Source of the DNA: Candidatus Babeliales bacterium
GTDB lineage: Bacteria > Babelota > Babeliae > Babelales > JACPOV01
Length of the DNA stretch: 64,000 nt
Assembly: GCA_050250855.1 (NCBI GenBank)
Contig: JBFWNW010000002.1
Span: 1 to 64,000 of the forward strand
Direction: 5' to 3'
In this document: piece after piece, positions 9,094 to 20,013 of the stretch
How the letters are laid out: each line of letters begins with the position of its first letter
Numbering within the stretch: the stretch's first letter is position 1
The notes under the pieces: generated by a model
Database searches by the model: none
The model's input: only the letters and a program-made list of their open reading frames with translations
What the model was told of the DNA's origin: nothing
Translations under genes and position numbers: made by a program

Positions 9094-11297
9094 AAAGATA
9101 TTTCATTTCTTGGTGCCTCTTGTGGCTCAACATAGATATCATCAGTTTTTGGATGGCTTCTATGATTTTCAATACCAAGTTGTATAATACAATCTATAAA
9201 TTCCATAGGACGCAAACCAATTTCAGCTGCTTGGTGAAATATACACGTTGCTGGCGTTAATCCTGGTAGCGTATTAACTTCCAAAATTACCACACGATCT
9301 TTTTGAGTTGGACTTTGTGCGGCTGGCTGATAAAAACAATCTATGCGCACATAACCCTTACAACCAATTACTTTAAATACAGATTCCATTTCACTTTTTA
9401 CTAATGCTAACGCTTCTGGCGCAAGAGGCGCAGGAGTTTGATTTTCACCAGCTCCCGGCAAAAATTTTTCTTCAATAGAAAGAATAGCATTACGGGTAAT
9501 TGCCTGAGAAGGAGGAAGCGCTTTAGGTTTTTCATTCCCTATAACTCCTACCGTTAGCTCCATTCCTTTTACATATTCTTCAATCAAGAGTGCATTATTA
9601 TTTTGTTTAAAAAAAGAATCTAATGCATCTGAACATGATTTTTTATCTTTTACTATCTGTACGCCAACACTACAACCATTATCACGCGGCTTTATAACAC
9701 AAGGAAAAGTAATAGTTTTTTCTATGGTAGCTATAAGAGAATTTTTATTATTAAGCCAAGCATCTTTTGCAACCAACATTCCTTGAGGTACTGCAAAACC
9801 TTGTGCCTCTAAAAATCGATTGGTTTTAAACTTATCAATACACAAAGCACTCGCAAATATACCTGAGCCATTATAAGGAATTCCAAGCATTTCCAATGCA
9901 CCTTGGAGTGTTCCATTTTCGCCTATGCCGCCATGAAGGCCAATAAAAACAAAATCTACTAATGATGGTAAATCCTGCCACAAAACTTTCATAGAAGGCT
10001 GCAACTGACTTTCAATTTCTTGAGTAGAACTTGCCACGAGCAATCGAGCATCAAGTTTATAAAGCTCTCTATCTTTATTTAAAAAAAGAGGAATAGATTC
10101 ATACTGCACGGGAGATATTTTATAGGTAATATTTCTCCCAGACTCTAACGAGATCTCTTTTTCATCAGAAATACCACCCATTATTACGCCAACACGCATT
10201 TTTTTAACTGCTGCAGAGAGCTCACTTTTTTGAGCCATAGAACTCCCCATTCCATAAGCTTGTAATTCAGTTTTTATAATATGATTAATAAATTGAGCAT
10301 GATTCAAGCCAACGTAGGCTGCCTGCTTGAAAAGAAAACTTGATGGCGCTGCACCAGAAAAACTATTGGGATCTATAATAACAACTAAACCTTCTGCTGT
10401 TAAAAATCCATCAATACGCCCTATATTACTAAACTCAAGAGCTTTCATTACTTGTATACACGTATCTTGTATCAACGTTTGAGCTTGAGACGTACAACGA
10501 GCTGGCGTATATTGTAACGATTTTCCCGGCATATATTTTTGTTCATAATCAAAAAAAGCAATATCTTTTGGCGTAACGATTTCAGTAGGAGGCAATGCTA
10601 CAAATTCTCCTGTATTATTATCTGTCATGACAATACAAGAAAATTCCATGCCCGTTATTTTTTCTTCAATAATAATAGATTGAGGCCGGCTGCTTTCCTT
10701 TATTGCTTTTTTTAGTGCTGCCAATAGTTGTTCTTCATGAGTAATAACACTCACACCCAAACTTGAACCTTCACATGAAGGTTTTACAATTAAAGGCCAT
10801 GAAAGTGTATTTATTTTTTTTAGAATAGTTTTTATATCATGTATATCCGCGGCATTAACTTCAACACCATGAGGCACAGAGATATCATGCATAGCTAAAA
10901 ACTTTTTTTGCATGCTTTTATCTATTCCTAATGCACTTGCATATACCTTTGAACCAAAATAAGGAATTTGCAAAATTTCTAACATTCCCTGTATGGTGCC
11001 ATCTTCAGCAAACTGCCCATGCATAGCTATATAAATAAAATCAATGCTATTTTTTAAATCATCCCAAGAAATACGTTGCGCTTGTGTATCAAGACGTTTT
11101 TCAAAATCAGTTATTTTTCCACGATGCAAAAAAGACCATGGCAATATATATAAAATACCTTTTATTGTTTGAAATAAGGGAACTACTTCATAAAGATTGG
11201 TATCAAGATGATCACATATTGTTCTTCCTGAATTAAAAGAGACTTCACATTCTTGTGATTTGCCTCCCATTAATACACCAATTCTAATTTTTTGCAT
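9090..11297 (-). CDS. ddl: Tandem two-domain D-alanine--D-alanine ligase-family ATP-grasp protein
   Basis: Two full Ddl units: GGKSQECEVS/HGQFAEDGTIQG/GSSLG/RIDG and GGISDEKEIS/HGGIGENGTLQG/GCSVG/RIDC/EVNTLPG. ATG at 11297 (ORF track starts at TTG 11300). Confidence 0.9.
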   Translation of the reverse strand: MQKIRIGVLMGGKSQECEVSFNSGRTICDHLDTNLYEVVPLFQTIKGILYILPWSFLHRGKITDFEKRLDTQAQRISWDDLKNSIDFIYIAMHGQFAEDGTIQGMLEILQIPYFGSKVYASALGIDKSMQKKFLAMHDISVPHGVEVNAADIHDIKTILKKINTLSWPLIVKPSCEGSSLGVSVITHEEQLLAALKKAIKESSRPQSIIIEEKITGMEFSCIVMTDNNTGEFVALPPTEIVTPKDIAFFDYEQKYMPGKSLQYTPARCTSQAQTLIQDTCIQVMKALEFSNIGRIDGFLTAEGLVVIIDPNSFSGAAPSSFLFKQAAYVGLNHAQFINHIIKTELQAYGMGSSMAQKSELSAAVKKMRVGVIMGGISDEKEISLESGRNITYKISPVQYESIPLFLNKDRELYKLDARLLVASSTQEIESQLQPSMKVLWQDLPSLVDFVFIGLHGGIGENGTLQGALEMLGIPYNGSGIFASALCIDKFKTNRFLEAQGFAVPQGMLVAKDAWLNNKNSLIATIEKTITFPCVIKPRDNGCSVGVQIVKDKKSCSDALDSFFKQNNNALLIEEYVKGMELTVGVIGNEKPKALPPSQAITRNAILSIEEKFLPGAGENQTPAPLAPEALALVKSEMESVFKVIGCKGYVRIDCFYQPAAQSPTQKDRVVILEVNTLPGLTPATCIFHQAAEIGLRPMEFIDCIIQLGIENHRSHPKTDDIYVEPQEAPRNEISF

Positions 11298-11413
11298 CAA
11301 AATCCTTTGAATAGTTCCACAACATTTTCAAGTAAAAGTATAGACAATAATAGAAATAATTGTATTGTTTTTAAGAGAATAGAAAAACAGTATGTTGACA
11401 GGAATAGGTTTAT

Positions 11414-11959
11414 ATGAAAAAAAGTAAAAATAATTTAGTTTGGGTTGATCTTGAAATGACGGGCCTTAATCCTGAAACAGATGTCATTCTAGAAATAGCC
11501 ACTATTATTACTGACGCTGAGTTAAATATTTTGGCCGAAGGTCCTGAATATGCTATTTATCAACCTGCTGAAGTACTTGATTCTATGAATGATTGGTGCA
11601 AAGAACAACATGGCCTTTCTGGTCTTACACAAAAAGTACAAGAATCCCTCATAACATTAGAGCAAGCAGAAGAAGAAACATTGGAACTTATTAAAGAATT
11701 TTGCCAACCAGAAAAAGGAATGCTTGCTGGCAACACCGTATGGATGGACCGTAATTTTTTAAAACAATATATGCCAAAAATTATTCATTATCTGCATTAT
11801 AAGTTAATTGATGTCACATCAATCCAACAGCTAATCAAGCATTGGTATCCTAAAAACCCTCATATCAAGTTTGAAAAAGCAGATACCCACCGCGCATTGG
11901 TTGATATAAAAGAATCTATAGAAGAGCTAAAACATTATCGAAAATATTTTTTTATTTAA
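11414..11959 (+). CDS. orn: Oligoribonuclease
   Basis: LVWVDLEMTGL, EIATIITD, AGN, HRALVDIKES. Confidence 0.96.
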   Translation: MKKSKNNLVWVDLEMTGLNPETDVILEIATIITDAELNILAEGPEYAIYQPAEVLDSMNDWCKEQHGLSGLTQKVQESLITLEQAEEETLELIKEFCQPEKGMLAGNTVWMDRNFLKQYMPKIIHYLHYKLIDVTSIQQLIKHWYPKNPHIKFEKADTHRALVDIKESIEELKHYRKYFFI

Positions 11960-12803
11960 TTTTTTGCAATTCAAGCAATTGAAATATTTGTTGGGCCAGG
12001 CGTGGATTCTGTTTTAAATAGCTCTCAAAAGCTTCATTTTGCTCAATTTTTTTCAATCTTCCTTCTAACACAGCAAAAAAACTTTTAAATATTTCTGAGT
12101 CAGGGCCTAAATAAAATGTTGCTCCCTTTTGCCATATATCTTCTTCACGCACTGAAACGTAATGTTTAATCCAAAAAATTAATCCTACATCATGATAGTA
12201 ATGGGAAAGCGTTTCAGCAAGTTTATAAGAGTCCTGGAAATCTAATGTCACTATTTGCTTATTATCCAAGGCTAAATATTTTTTGGATGGTTTCATTCTG
12301 CAAGGAAACATCAACGTTATTTTCCTGTCTTTTCCTGAGTCAAACGTAAAAGATTTTTTATTATACTTTTGGACTATTTGGTAAATATCACGACAAAAAC
12401 TAATAATACTATCAAAGGTCTCTAATGGGCTATACTTTTTATGGCATTTATCTACCTCTATTTGCACAGCTCTAGACTTTTTTTCCCCTTCAACAGGGGT
12501 AATGAATCTAAAAAGACATGCCTTCCTGATTTCTTTGTTTATACTATTCAAATCAATTTTATGGGCCAAATTAAAAGCAGATAATCGTGTATATTGAGTA
12601 TTTTCTTCTCCTTTGGCTATATCGTTTACTTTATAAACACTTAACCATCCATCTTGAATATCAAAATCAATAGCTTCATTATAAGGAGCTACACCAATTG
12701 CAACAGGCTTCGGGGCATCTGGCCTAACTTTATTTAATACAGGTCTTATCTCTGCACCAAAATTAGTAAACGTTATAAAAACAATAAAAAAAAGCATATT
12801 CAT
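11952..12803 (-). CDS. Hypothetical exported protein
   Basis: 283-aa ORF with signal-like N-terminus MNMLFFIVFITFTNFGAE; no recognised domain. Confidence 0.7.
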   Translation of the reverse strand: MNMLFFIVFITFTNFGAEIRPVLNKVRPDAPKPVAIGVAPYNEAIDFDIQDGWLSVYKVNDIAKGEENTQYTRLSAFNLAHKIDLNSINKEIRKACLFRFITPVEGEKKSRAVQIEVDKCHKKYSPLETFDSIISFCRDIYQIVQKYNKKSFTFDSGKDRKITLMFPCRMKPSKKYLALDNKQIVTLDFQDSYKLAETLSHYYHDVGLIFWIKHYVSVREEDIWQKGATFYLGPDSEIFKSFFAVLEGRLKKIEQNEAFESYLKQNPRLAQQIFQLLELQKIK

Positions 12804-12826
12804 AGATGTATAATTTCTTTAAAAGG

Positions 12827-14806
12827 TTAACTTAATGGATTCTGTGTTAAAAAAATAGCGCTTTTAAAAGTATCATAATGAATAGATTTTGCCAAATTTA
12901 TTATATGCATAATATCAGGAGATTTTAGATATATTTTTCTAACAAAATAATTTTTTATTTTATATATGGGCGGTAAAGCTGGTCCTAATAAGGTAATATT
13001 ATAGGCATTTTTCTTAATCTGATCTGCCAAAAACAAACTCAAACTTTGTGCTTCTCTCTCTAAAATTTTTTCATCATCATATTTTAGTTCAATCTCTGCC
13101 AAGCGTAGTGCCGGCGGATAGCCAACTGTTTTTCGTGCTTCCAGTTCTTGCTGAAAAAATTGAAGATAGTTGACTTCATGTAAATAATCAAAAACAGCAT
13201 GATCCATCATAGTTTGTACAATAACAAGGCTATTTTCTCGCTCTCTTCCTGCTCGCCCTGCAACTTGAATAAGTTGCTGCAATGCAGTTTCTGCCGCATT
13301 ATAAATAGGAAAATGCAAATTTAAATCTGCCCATAAAATACCTACTAGAGTGACTTTTGGAAAATGATAACCCTTAGTAATTGTTTGCGTTCCTACCAAA
13401 ATATCAAGATTCCCTTCTTGAAAATCATCCATGGTTTTTTGCCACTGCTTTTTATTAATCGTTGTATCTAAATCTGCACGTGCAATACGCGCCTGCGGCA
13501 AAATATACTCAAGCATAGCAACCAATTGTTGAGTGCCAATTCCTTTTTTTAAAAAATCTTTTTTATCCGCTTTACATTTTGTGCAACAAGAAGGAAGTGA
13601 AATAGCAAAATCACAATAATGACAACGCAAAATATCTGGTTCATGAAGCGTCAAACTTACTGAACAATGAGAACATTCAAAAATAAAACTACACTGCTTG
13701 CACTGCACAAAAAAGCTGTAGCCTCGACGATTCAAAAAAATAATACTTTGCTCTTTTTTTGCTAAACGATCTTTAAGAGCATTAATTAAATCTTGCGTTA
13801 ACCAAAAATGTCTTCGTTGTTTTTTATCATTAAGTGGTACAATTTTTATCTGTGGAAATGCTCCTGCAAATCTCTTTTTTAACTGAAAAAAAAGCCATTT
13901 TTTTGCGGTCACATTATATAAAGATTGTATTGAAGGCGTAGCGGAACCAAGAATTATAGGAATGTTGTAGAGCTTTGCACGCATTAAAGCGACTTCTTTA
14001 CTGTTTATTTTAGGATGCTTTTTTTCTTGATACCCAACTTCATGTTCTTCATCTATAATAATCAAACCCATATGAGCAATGGGAAGCAAAATAGGTAAGT
14101 GAACACCTATAATTAAAATAGGCTCCCCTTTAATCAGTTTTTGCCATAAAACTCTTTTTTCTTTAACACTTGTTGCTGAATGAAAACTAAAAATCTCTAT
14201 TGATTGGGGCAAATCTTTTTGCAAGCGCTGCGTAAACTGCACGGCCAATGTCACTTCTGGCAAAAGTAATATAACTGATTTTTTTAAGGAAAGAAGAGAG
14301 TGTTCAATAAGAGCTTTATATACTTCTGTTTTTCCAGAACCGGTAACACCATGAATTAAAGCTGGTTTATATTCCTGCGCAAGAAAAGGTTTTAAGCTAT
14401 CAACAATCTCTTGTTGCTCTTGGGTTAAAGCAATTTCTTGTTGCTCTTGATAATGAGGCACTAGCGGTTTTTCTTTACGCGGTCGCTCAAGTTCTTTTTG
14501 CGACAAAAACTGCCTTAATCGCTTAATAAAATAAATCTCTGGAATTTGATAATAAAAGCTCAGTTGCTTGATCAAGACATTATAATGATTATCTTGAGGA
14601 AATGCTTCCTGCATGATTGCCTCTTTAATAGCAAAAGAAACATTTGGCTTTTCTTGGCTTACCTTTTCAATAACGGCAGGCAAAAATTGTGTGCGAAATG
14701 GCACTTTAATAGTAATTCCTACTAAACCATTCGCATCCCAATCCGAGGGAACTTTATACCATAAAAGTTCTGAGAATCCTTTAAGCAATCTTACTTGGAC
14801 GTACAT
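12827..14806 (-). CDS. priA: Primosomal protein N' helicase PriA
   Basis: GVTGSGKTEVY, DEEH, SATPS, four CxxC pairs, QVAGRAGR. Start moved to ATG 14806 (AAGGA RBS). Confidence 0.96.
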   Translation of the reverse strand: MYVQVRLLKGFSELLWYKVPSDWDANGLVGITIKVPFRTQFLPAVIEKVSQEKPNVSFAIKEAIMQEAFPQDNHYNVLIKQLSFYYQIPEIYFIKRLRQFLSQKELERPRKEKPLVPHYQEQQEIALTQEQQEIVDSLKPFLAQEYKPALIHGVTGSGKTEVYKALIEHSLLSLKKSVILLLPEVTLAVQFTQRLQKDLPQSIEIFSFHSATSVKEKRVLWQKLIKGEPILIIGVHLPILLPIAHMGLIIIDEEHEVGYQEKKHPKINSKEVALMRAKLYNIPIILGSATPSIQSLYNVTAKKWLFFQLKKRFAGAFPQIKIVPLNDKKQRRHFWLTQDLINALKDRLAKKEQSIIFLNRRGYSFFVQCKQCSFIFECSHCSVSLTLHEPDILRCHYCDFAISLPSCCTKCKADKKDFLKKGIGTQQLVAMLEYILPQARIARADLDTTINKKQWQKTMDDFQEGNLDILVGTQTITKGYHFPKVTLVGILWADLNLHFPIYNAAETALQQLIQVAGRAGRERENSLVIVQTMMDHAVFDYLHEVNYLQFFQQELEARKTVGYPPALRLAEIELKYDDEKILEREAQSLSLFLADQIKKNAYNITLLGPALPPIYKIKNYFVRKIYLKSPDIMHIINLAKSIHYDTFKSAIFLTQNPLS

Positions 14807-14900
14807 GAAATCCTTGACTATCAATAGGGCAATGTGCTTGCTTTTTAGTGTAACAGAAATTTCACAAGCTATTAAAAAATATATATAAAAAGGAGTTTTT

Positions 14901-15527
14901 ATGTGTTTTTCAGCAGGATCAAGTTTTTCTGCAGCAGCAATTCTTGGTATTGTAGGGCTTGTTTCTCTTACAAAAAGTAAAAACCCTCATCGCATGCTTG
15001 CAGCCATTCCATTAATATTTGCAGCGCAACAAATCATCGAAGGTTTTTTATGGCTCTCGTTTGGTAATGCAGCAACCCTTAATATGTATCAACCCTATTT
15101 TATATATGGATTTTTATTTTTTGCCTTTATGTTTTGGCCTATTTGGGTGCCACTTTCTTTATATACAAGTGAGCAAAAAAGTGATAAAAAAAATCTCCTA
15201 AAGTACTGCTTTTTTATTGGCTGTGCAACAGCAGTTGGTTTATTAATTCAACTTATAAAAACTGGCGCAACGGCAACTATTACTCATCATCATATAAATT
15301 ACATGATACCGATGTCACAATTTTTTATTATTACAGGATCAATACTTTATCTAATTGCAACCGTTGTACCATTTTTTATTACCTCACTCAAGAAAGCATG
15401 GATTTTTGGTGTAGTACTAGCGCTTTCCTATATAGTTAGCTTTTATGCTTATTATGCAACACTTACCTCTGTATGGTGTTTCTTTGCTGCATTGCTCAGC
15501 ATATTGGTCCTTATTATAGTACGATAA
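14901..15527 (+). CDS. Conserved polytopic membrane protein (DUF6629-like)
   Basis: MCFSA N-terminus, QQIIEGFLW, SVWCFFAA; about 7 TM segments; AAGGAG RBS. Confidence 0.7.
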   Translation: MCFSAGSSFSAAAILGIVGLVSLTKSKNPHRMLAAIPLIFAAQQIIEGFLWLSFGNAATLNMYQPYFIYGFLFFAFMFWPIWVPLSLYTSEQKSDKKNLLKYCFFIGCATAVGLLIQLIKTGATATITHHHINYMIPMSQFFIITGSILYLIATVVPFFITSLKKAWIFGVVLALSYIVSFYAYYATLTSVWCFFAALLSILVLIIVR

Positions 15528-15613
15528 CACAAAAGCCTTTCTGGCCAAAATAACAAAAAAGAACTATACTTAAAATAGTATTTCTTTGTAAAAACTGACT
15601 GAAAGGCTATTGT

Positions 15614-18334
15614 GTGAAAAACATTGATCCAAAAAAAACTGCTCTTTTAATTGATGGATCATCATTTTTATATCGCGCATATTATGGCCTTAGACCTTTA
15701 CATACAAGCAAAGGATTACCGGTTCAGGCTGTTTACAGCTTTGTGCGCATGATCAAAAAACTTATCGATGATTTTAAACCTACTTATATTGCAGTTGTTT
15801 GGGACAGTAAAGGCAAAACGGTTCGTCATGAACTTTATGAAGCTTACAAAGCAACCCGCCAAGAGCCGCCAAGTGATCTTTTTACCCAAAAAGAACTTAT
15901 CATAGAATTTGCAGACCTTATTGGCCTTACCCAAATTGCACAAGCTGGGGTTGAAGCAGATGATCTTATGTACTCACTTGCTCAAGATTTAAAAAAAGAA
16001 TCAATAAATACTATTTTTATCACTTCAGATAAAGATATGGGACAAGCTCTTGATGAAAAAGTTACTATTTTTGATCCTTTTAAAGATCAAATGCTGAATG
16101 TTGCTACATTTAATGAAAAAATGGGCTTTCCTGTAGAGAAATTGCCTTTTTATTTTGCTCTTCTTGGCGATAGCTCTGATAATATTCCTGGTGTAAAAGG
16201 AATTGGAAAAAAAGGCGCAACTGATTTAGTTACCCAATTTACATCACTTGAAGATTTATATAATAATCTTGATTTAGTAAAAAAAGAAAGTACAAAAAAA
16301 GCTCTTATTGAAAACAAAGCGAATGCTTTTTTGAGTGAAAAACTTTTTCTGCTTCATTATTATCCTTTAAATCTTACAAAGCAAGATATTGTTTTTGATC
16401 CTCAAAATTGGGCAAAAGCCCTTCCTCTTTTTGAAGAACTTGATTTCAAAAGCTTAATTAAAGATGTTAAGGGAACTACTCCGCTTGAAAAAAAAGAAAA
16501 ATTATCAACGCTAAAAGGTTATAATTTTAAAACAATTACTACACCTTTAGAACTTGAACTCATATGTTCTGGTATTAAAGAAAAAAAAATTGTCGCTCTT
16601 GATACTGAGCTTGACGGCCTTAATCCTTTACAAGCAAATACTATAGGACTTTGTGTTGGCTATGAAAAAGGAACTGCGTATTATATTCCTTTTGGCCATA
16701 CCACCAAAGAGCCACAACTTTCAAAAGAGCACGTTCTTAATGCATTCAAAGATATTTTAGCTGATACTTCCATTAAAAAAATTATGCACCATGCAAAATT
16801 TGATAAACTTTCTTTATGGCACTGTGGCCTTGAAGAACATGGTCTTATTTTTGATACCTTAATTGCTGCACATTTAGTTTCTGAAGATTGGCAGCGTATA
16901 GGATTAAAACATCTTTCTAATTTTTATTTACAAGAACCTATGCTCAATTTTCAAGATGTAGTAACCGATCTTGGCTATAAAAATTTTGCAGAAGTTCCTC
17001 TTGATCTAGCAACAGAATATGCTGCTAGTGATGCTCATCAAACGTTGCAACTTTACCCTATCTTGCAAGAAGAACTAAAAAAACAAGGCATGGAGGAACT
17101 GTACAAAACTATTGAGCTTCCTTTAGTACAGGTTCTTTTTGATATGGAACGTGAAGGAATTTACCTTGATACAGCTATTCTTGCAATACTTGATCAAAGA
17201 GTAAGTAAAGACCTTGAAGAATTACGCATGAAAATCATCACCTTACTTGGCGATGCTTACAAAGATATTAATTTAAATTCACCTAAACAACTTGCTCAAC
17301 TTCTTTTTGAAGATCTAAAATTGCCACCACAAAAAAAGACAATGGGCAAAACAAGCTTTTCTACTGATGTTGATGTATTAGAAGCACTTTCTTACTTGCA
17401 TCCAATTCCTGGGCTTATTTTAAAATACCGAGAATTATTTAAACTAAAAAGTACCTATATTGATCCTTTGCCATCATATATTAATAAAGAAACCGGTAGA
17501 ATACACAGCAGCTTTAGTCAAACTGCTGTAGCAACAGGTCGCTTGGCAAGTTCTAATCCGAATTTGCAGAATATACCTACAAATACTGCACATTACAAAG
17601 ATATTCATATTCGTTCGGCATTCAAGCCCAAAGAAGGTAATGTTTTTCTTTCTGCAGACTATTCTCAGATAGAGTTGCGCGTTCTTGCGTATCTTTCTCA
17701 AGATAAAGCGTTAGTACAAGCTTTTGAAAATAATGAAGATATTCATCGCGCTACAGCAGCAAAGCTCTTTGATGTTAATTTTGATCACGTAACTCATGAG
17801 CAGCGCCAAATTGGTAAACGCATCAATTTTAGTATCTTGTATGGGCTTACTCCTTATGGACTTTCACAAGATTTAAAAATTCCATTCAAAGATGCAAAGT
17901 TGTATATAGAAAAATATTTTGCACAATATCCTCAAGTTTCGGCCTGGATGGATAAAGTTATTGAAGAAACAAAAGAGCATGGTTACGTTACCACCTACTT
18001 TAGTCGCCGCCGCTATGTTCCAGGGATTTATGAATCAAATAAAAATTTATATGATCTTGCACGACGTATTGCTATTAATACCAAAGCTCAAGGAACTGCT
18101 GCAGAACTCATGAAACTTGGCATGGTTAATTTAGATGCTGCATTCAAAAATAATAATCTTGAAGCAAAAATTCTTTTGCAAATTCATGACGAACTATTAA
18201 TCTCCGTTCCTGAATCTCAAAAAAAAGAAACAGAATTATTAGTAAAATGCATATTAGAACAAGTGGTCGCATGGAACGTACCACTTGTTGTTACAACGCG
18301 TTTTGGTGCTGATTGGCAAGATGTTACAAAATAA
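15614..18334 (+). CDS. polA: DNA polymerase I
   Basis: LLIDGSS, EADD, GDSSDNIPGV, 3'-5' exo DTE, TGRLASSNPNLQNIP, ADYSQIELR, QIHDEL. Confidence 0.98.
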   Translation: MKNIDPKKTALLIDGSSFLYRAYYGLRPLHTSKGLPVQAVYSFVRMIKKLIDDFKPTYIAVVWDSKGKTVRHELYEAYKATRQEPPSDLFTQKELIIEFADLIGLTQIAQAGVEADDLMYSLAQDLKKESINTIFITSDKDMGQALDEKVTIFDPFKDQMLNVATFNEKMGFPVEKLPFYFALLGDSSDNIPGVKGIGKKGATDLVTQFTSLEDLYNNLDLVKKESTKKALIENKANAFLSEKLFLLHYYPLNLTKQDIVFDPQNWAKALPLFEELDFKSLIKDVKGTTPLEKKEKLSTLKGYNFKTITTPLELELICSGIKEKKIVALDTELDGLNPLQANTIGLCVGYEKGTAYYIPFGHTTKEPQLSKEHVLNAFKDILADTSIKKIMHHAKFDKLSLWHCGLEEHGLIFDTLIAAHLVSEDWQRIGLKHLSNFYLQEPMLNFQDVVTDLGYKNFAEVPLDLATEYAASDAHQTLQLYPILQEELKKQGMEELYKTIELPLVQVLFDMEREGIYLDTAILAILDQRVSKDLEELRMKIITLLGDAYKDINLNSPKQLAQLLFEDLKLPPQKKTMGKTSFSTDVDVLEALSYLHPIPGLILKYRELFKLKSTYIDPLPSYINKETGRIHSSFSQTAVATGRLASSNPNLQNIPTNTAHYKDIHIRSAFKPKEGNVFLSADYSQIELRVLAYLSQDKALVQAFENNEDIHRATAAKLFDVNFDHVTHEQRQIGKRINFSILYGLTPYGLSQDLKIPFKDAKLYIEKYFAQYPQVSAWMDKVIEETKEHGYVTTYFSRRRYVPGIYESNKNLYDLARRIAINTKAQGTAAELMKLGMVNLDAAFKNNNLEAKILLQIHDELLISVPESQKKETELLVKCILEQVVAWNVPLVVTTRFGADWQDVTK

Positions 18335-18336
18335 AT

Positions 18337-18828
18337 TTAGTTACCAGATAAAGAAATAATTTTTGCATGATCAATCAGCTTTGCTAAATCTTGACTACTC
18401 ACATTAAAAACAGCACGCGGCGTTCCAGCTGCAGCCCATACATCATTAAATGTTAATAAGTCTTTATCCATAAAAATAAATTCTATTGCTTGTTTATGAC
18501 CTATTGGCGGAATTCCCCCTATAGCAAAACCCGTAATGTCTCGTGTAAAATCAGCATCAGCTTTAATAATTTTTTCTCCTACGTGTTTCTCAATAACTTT
18601 TTCATCAACTTTGTTTGGTCCTGATGCAAGTATTAAAACTGGTTTGTTTGTTAATTGAGTTTTAAATATAAGAGATTTAACTATTTGACCTACATTACAC
18701 CCTATACTAGCGGCAGCATCTTGTGCTGTTCTTGTACTTGATGAAAGTTCTACTACTTTACAAATCAATCCTTTTTCATCCAATACTTTTTGAACTGCTA
18801 TTGCACTTTTTGCTTGTAATTGATTCAT
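18337..18828 (-). CDS. YbaK/EbsC family aminoacyl-tRNA deacylase
   Basis: QIVKSL, TGFAIGGIPPIGH, WAAAG. Confidence 0.9.
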   Translation of the reverse strand: MNQLQAKSAIAVQKVLDEKGLICKVVELSSSTRTAQDAAASIGCNVGQIVKSLIFKTQLTNKPVLILASGPNKVDEKVIEKHVGEKIIKADADFTRDITGFAIGGIPPIGHKQAIEFIFMDKDLLTFNDVWAAAGTPRAVFNVSSQDLAKLIDHAKIISLSGN

Positions 18829-18932
18829 AGTGTAATCCTTTCTTCAACCTATTGGTCTTTAATAATTTTCAGACTATGATAAACATATAATCATTGTACA
18901 AGAATATCATAATTTACAGGAAAAGGGCAAAA

Positions 18933-19715
18933 GTGGAAACCAATGAGATTAAAAATAATACGCAAGGTGAAAGAGCTAACTTATATACTAAACTAGATCC
19001 TCTTGGTGATGGTATTAGCTCAGTTGAGCTCATACGTATTTCTGGTTCTGATCTTGATATTGTTAATGCCGCACGTGTTTCTTATGGAAAAGTTTCAACG
19101 GAAGTAAGTGACCGAGATAAAAACCTAATTAAATTTTTAATGGAACACCGGCACACAAGCCCCTTTGAGCACAATCAACTTTCTTTCAGAATCAAAGCAC
19201 CTATTTATGTTGTACGCGAATGGATGCGTCACCGCATGAATTCATTTAATGAAATTAGCTATCGTTTTGTAAAAGCCAAAGTTGAGTTTTATATTCCTCA
19301 AAAATGGCGCTTTCAAGATACGATCAATAAGCAGTCATCTGTAGGTGCATTTTCAGATGAACAGCTCCATGAGAAGTATAAAAAGACCCTAGAAATGGCC
19401 TATGCTGCTTATGAAGAACTTTTAGAACAAGGCGTATGCCGTGAACAAGCACGGGGGCTTTTACCCGTTTGCATCTATACAGAGTTCATTTTTACCTGCA
19501 ATTTACACTCCCTTATGCATTTTATGAAGCTTCGCCTGGGCAAGGGAGCCCAACAAGAAATCAGAGCTTATGCTTATGCCCTTTTAAAGCTGGCAGACCC
19601 CCATTTCCCTGTTGCCCTTGGTGAATGGAAGAGAACTCAAATGCCAGAGGTCAATCAGGAAGGCTGGAGCCTTGACTTCATCAGTAATTTGAGCAATACT
19701 GATAGCAGAAGTTAA
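18933..19715 (+). CDS. thyX: FAD-dependent thymidylate synthase
   Basis: AARVS, HTSPFEH, RHRMNSFNEISYR, EQARGLLP, AQQEIR. Start likely GTG 18933 (ORF track 18894). Confidence 0.95.
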   Translation: METNEIKNNTQGERANLYTKLDPLGDGISSVELIRISGSDLDIVNAARVSYGKVSTEVSDRDKNLIKFLMEHRHTSPFEHNQLSFRIKAPIYVVREWMRHRMNSFNEISYRFVKAKVEFYIPQKWRFQDTINKQSSVGAFSDEQLHEKYKKTLEMAYAAYEELLEQGVCREQARGLLPVCIYTEFIFTCNLHSLMHFMKLRLGKGAQQEIRAYAYALLKLADPHFPVALGEWKRTQMPEVNQEGWSLDFISNLSNTDSRS

Positions 19716-19761
19716 TCACTTCAAAAAAATCCCATAAAGTTAACCTATAAAGGAAACAACG

Positions 19762-20013
19762 ATGGCAACTAGTAAATCGGGTGGATCTACCCAGAATGGT
19801 CGCGATAGTATAAGCAAGCGACTCGGAATAAAACTCTTTGACGGTCAATTGGTTCAAGGAGGCGAAATTATAGTAAGACAACGTGGAACTCGCGTGCACC
19901 CTGGAACAGGCGTTGGCATGGGAAGCGACAATACTCTTTTTGCTAAAAAAGCTGGAACAGTAAAGTTTCACTTTGGGCACAAAGGAAGAAAGCACGTTTC
20001 TGTTATTGGCTAA
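19762..20013 (+). CDS. rpmA: 50S ribosomal protein L27
   Basis: [30 protein letters not shown]. Confidence 0.97.
   Translation: MATSKSGGSTQNGRDSISKRLGIKLFDGQLVQGGEIIVRQRGTRVHPGTGVGMGSDNTLFAKKAGTVKFHFGHKGRKHVSVIG

Noticed and set aside
9090..11297. Acquired vancomycin-resistance (van) cluster
   Set aside because: No vanH, vanX, vanY or vanRS neighbours; only the KF residue hints at altered specificity, reported as a finding.
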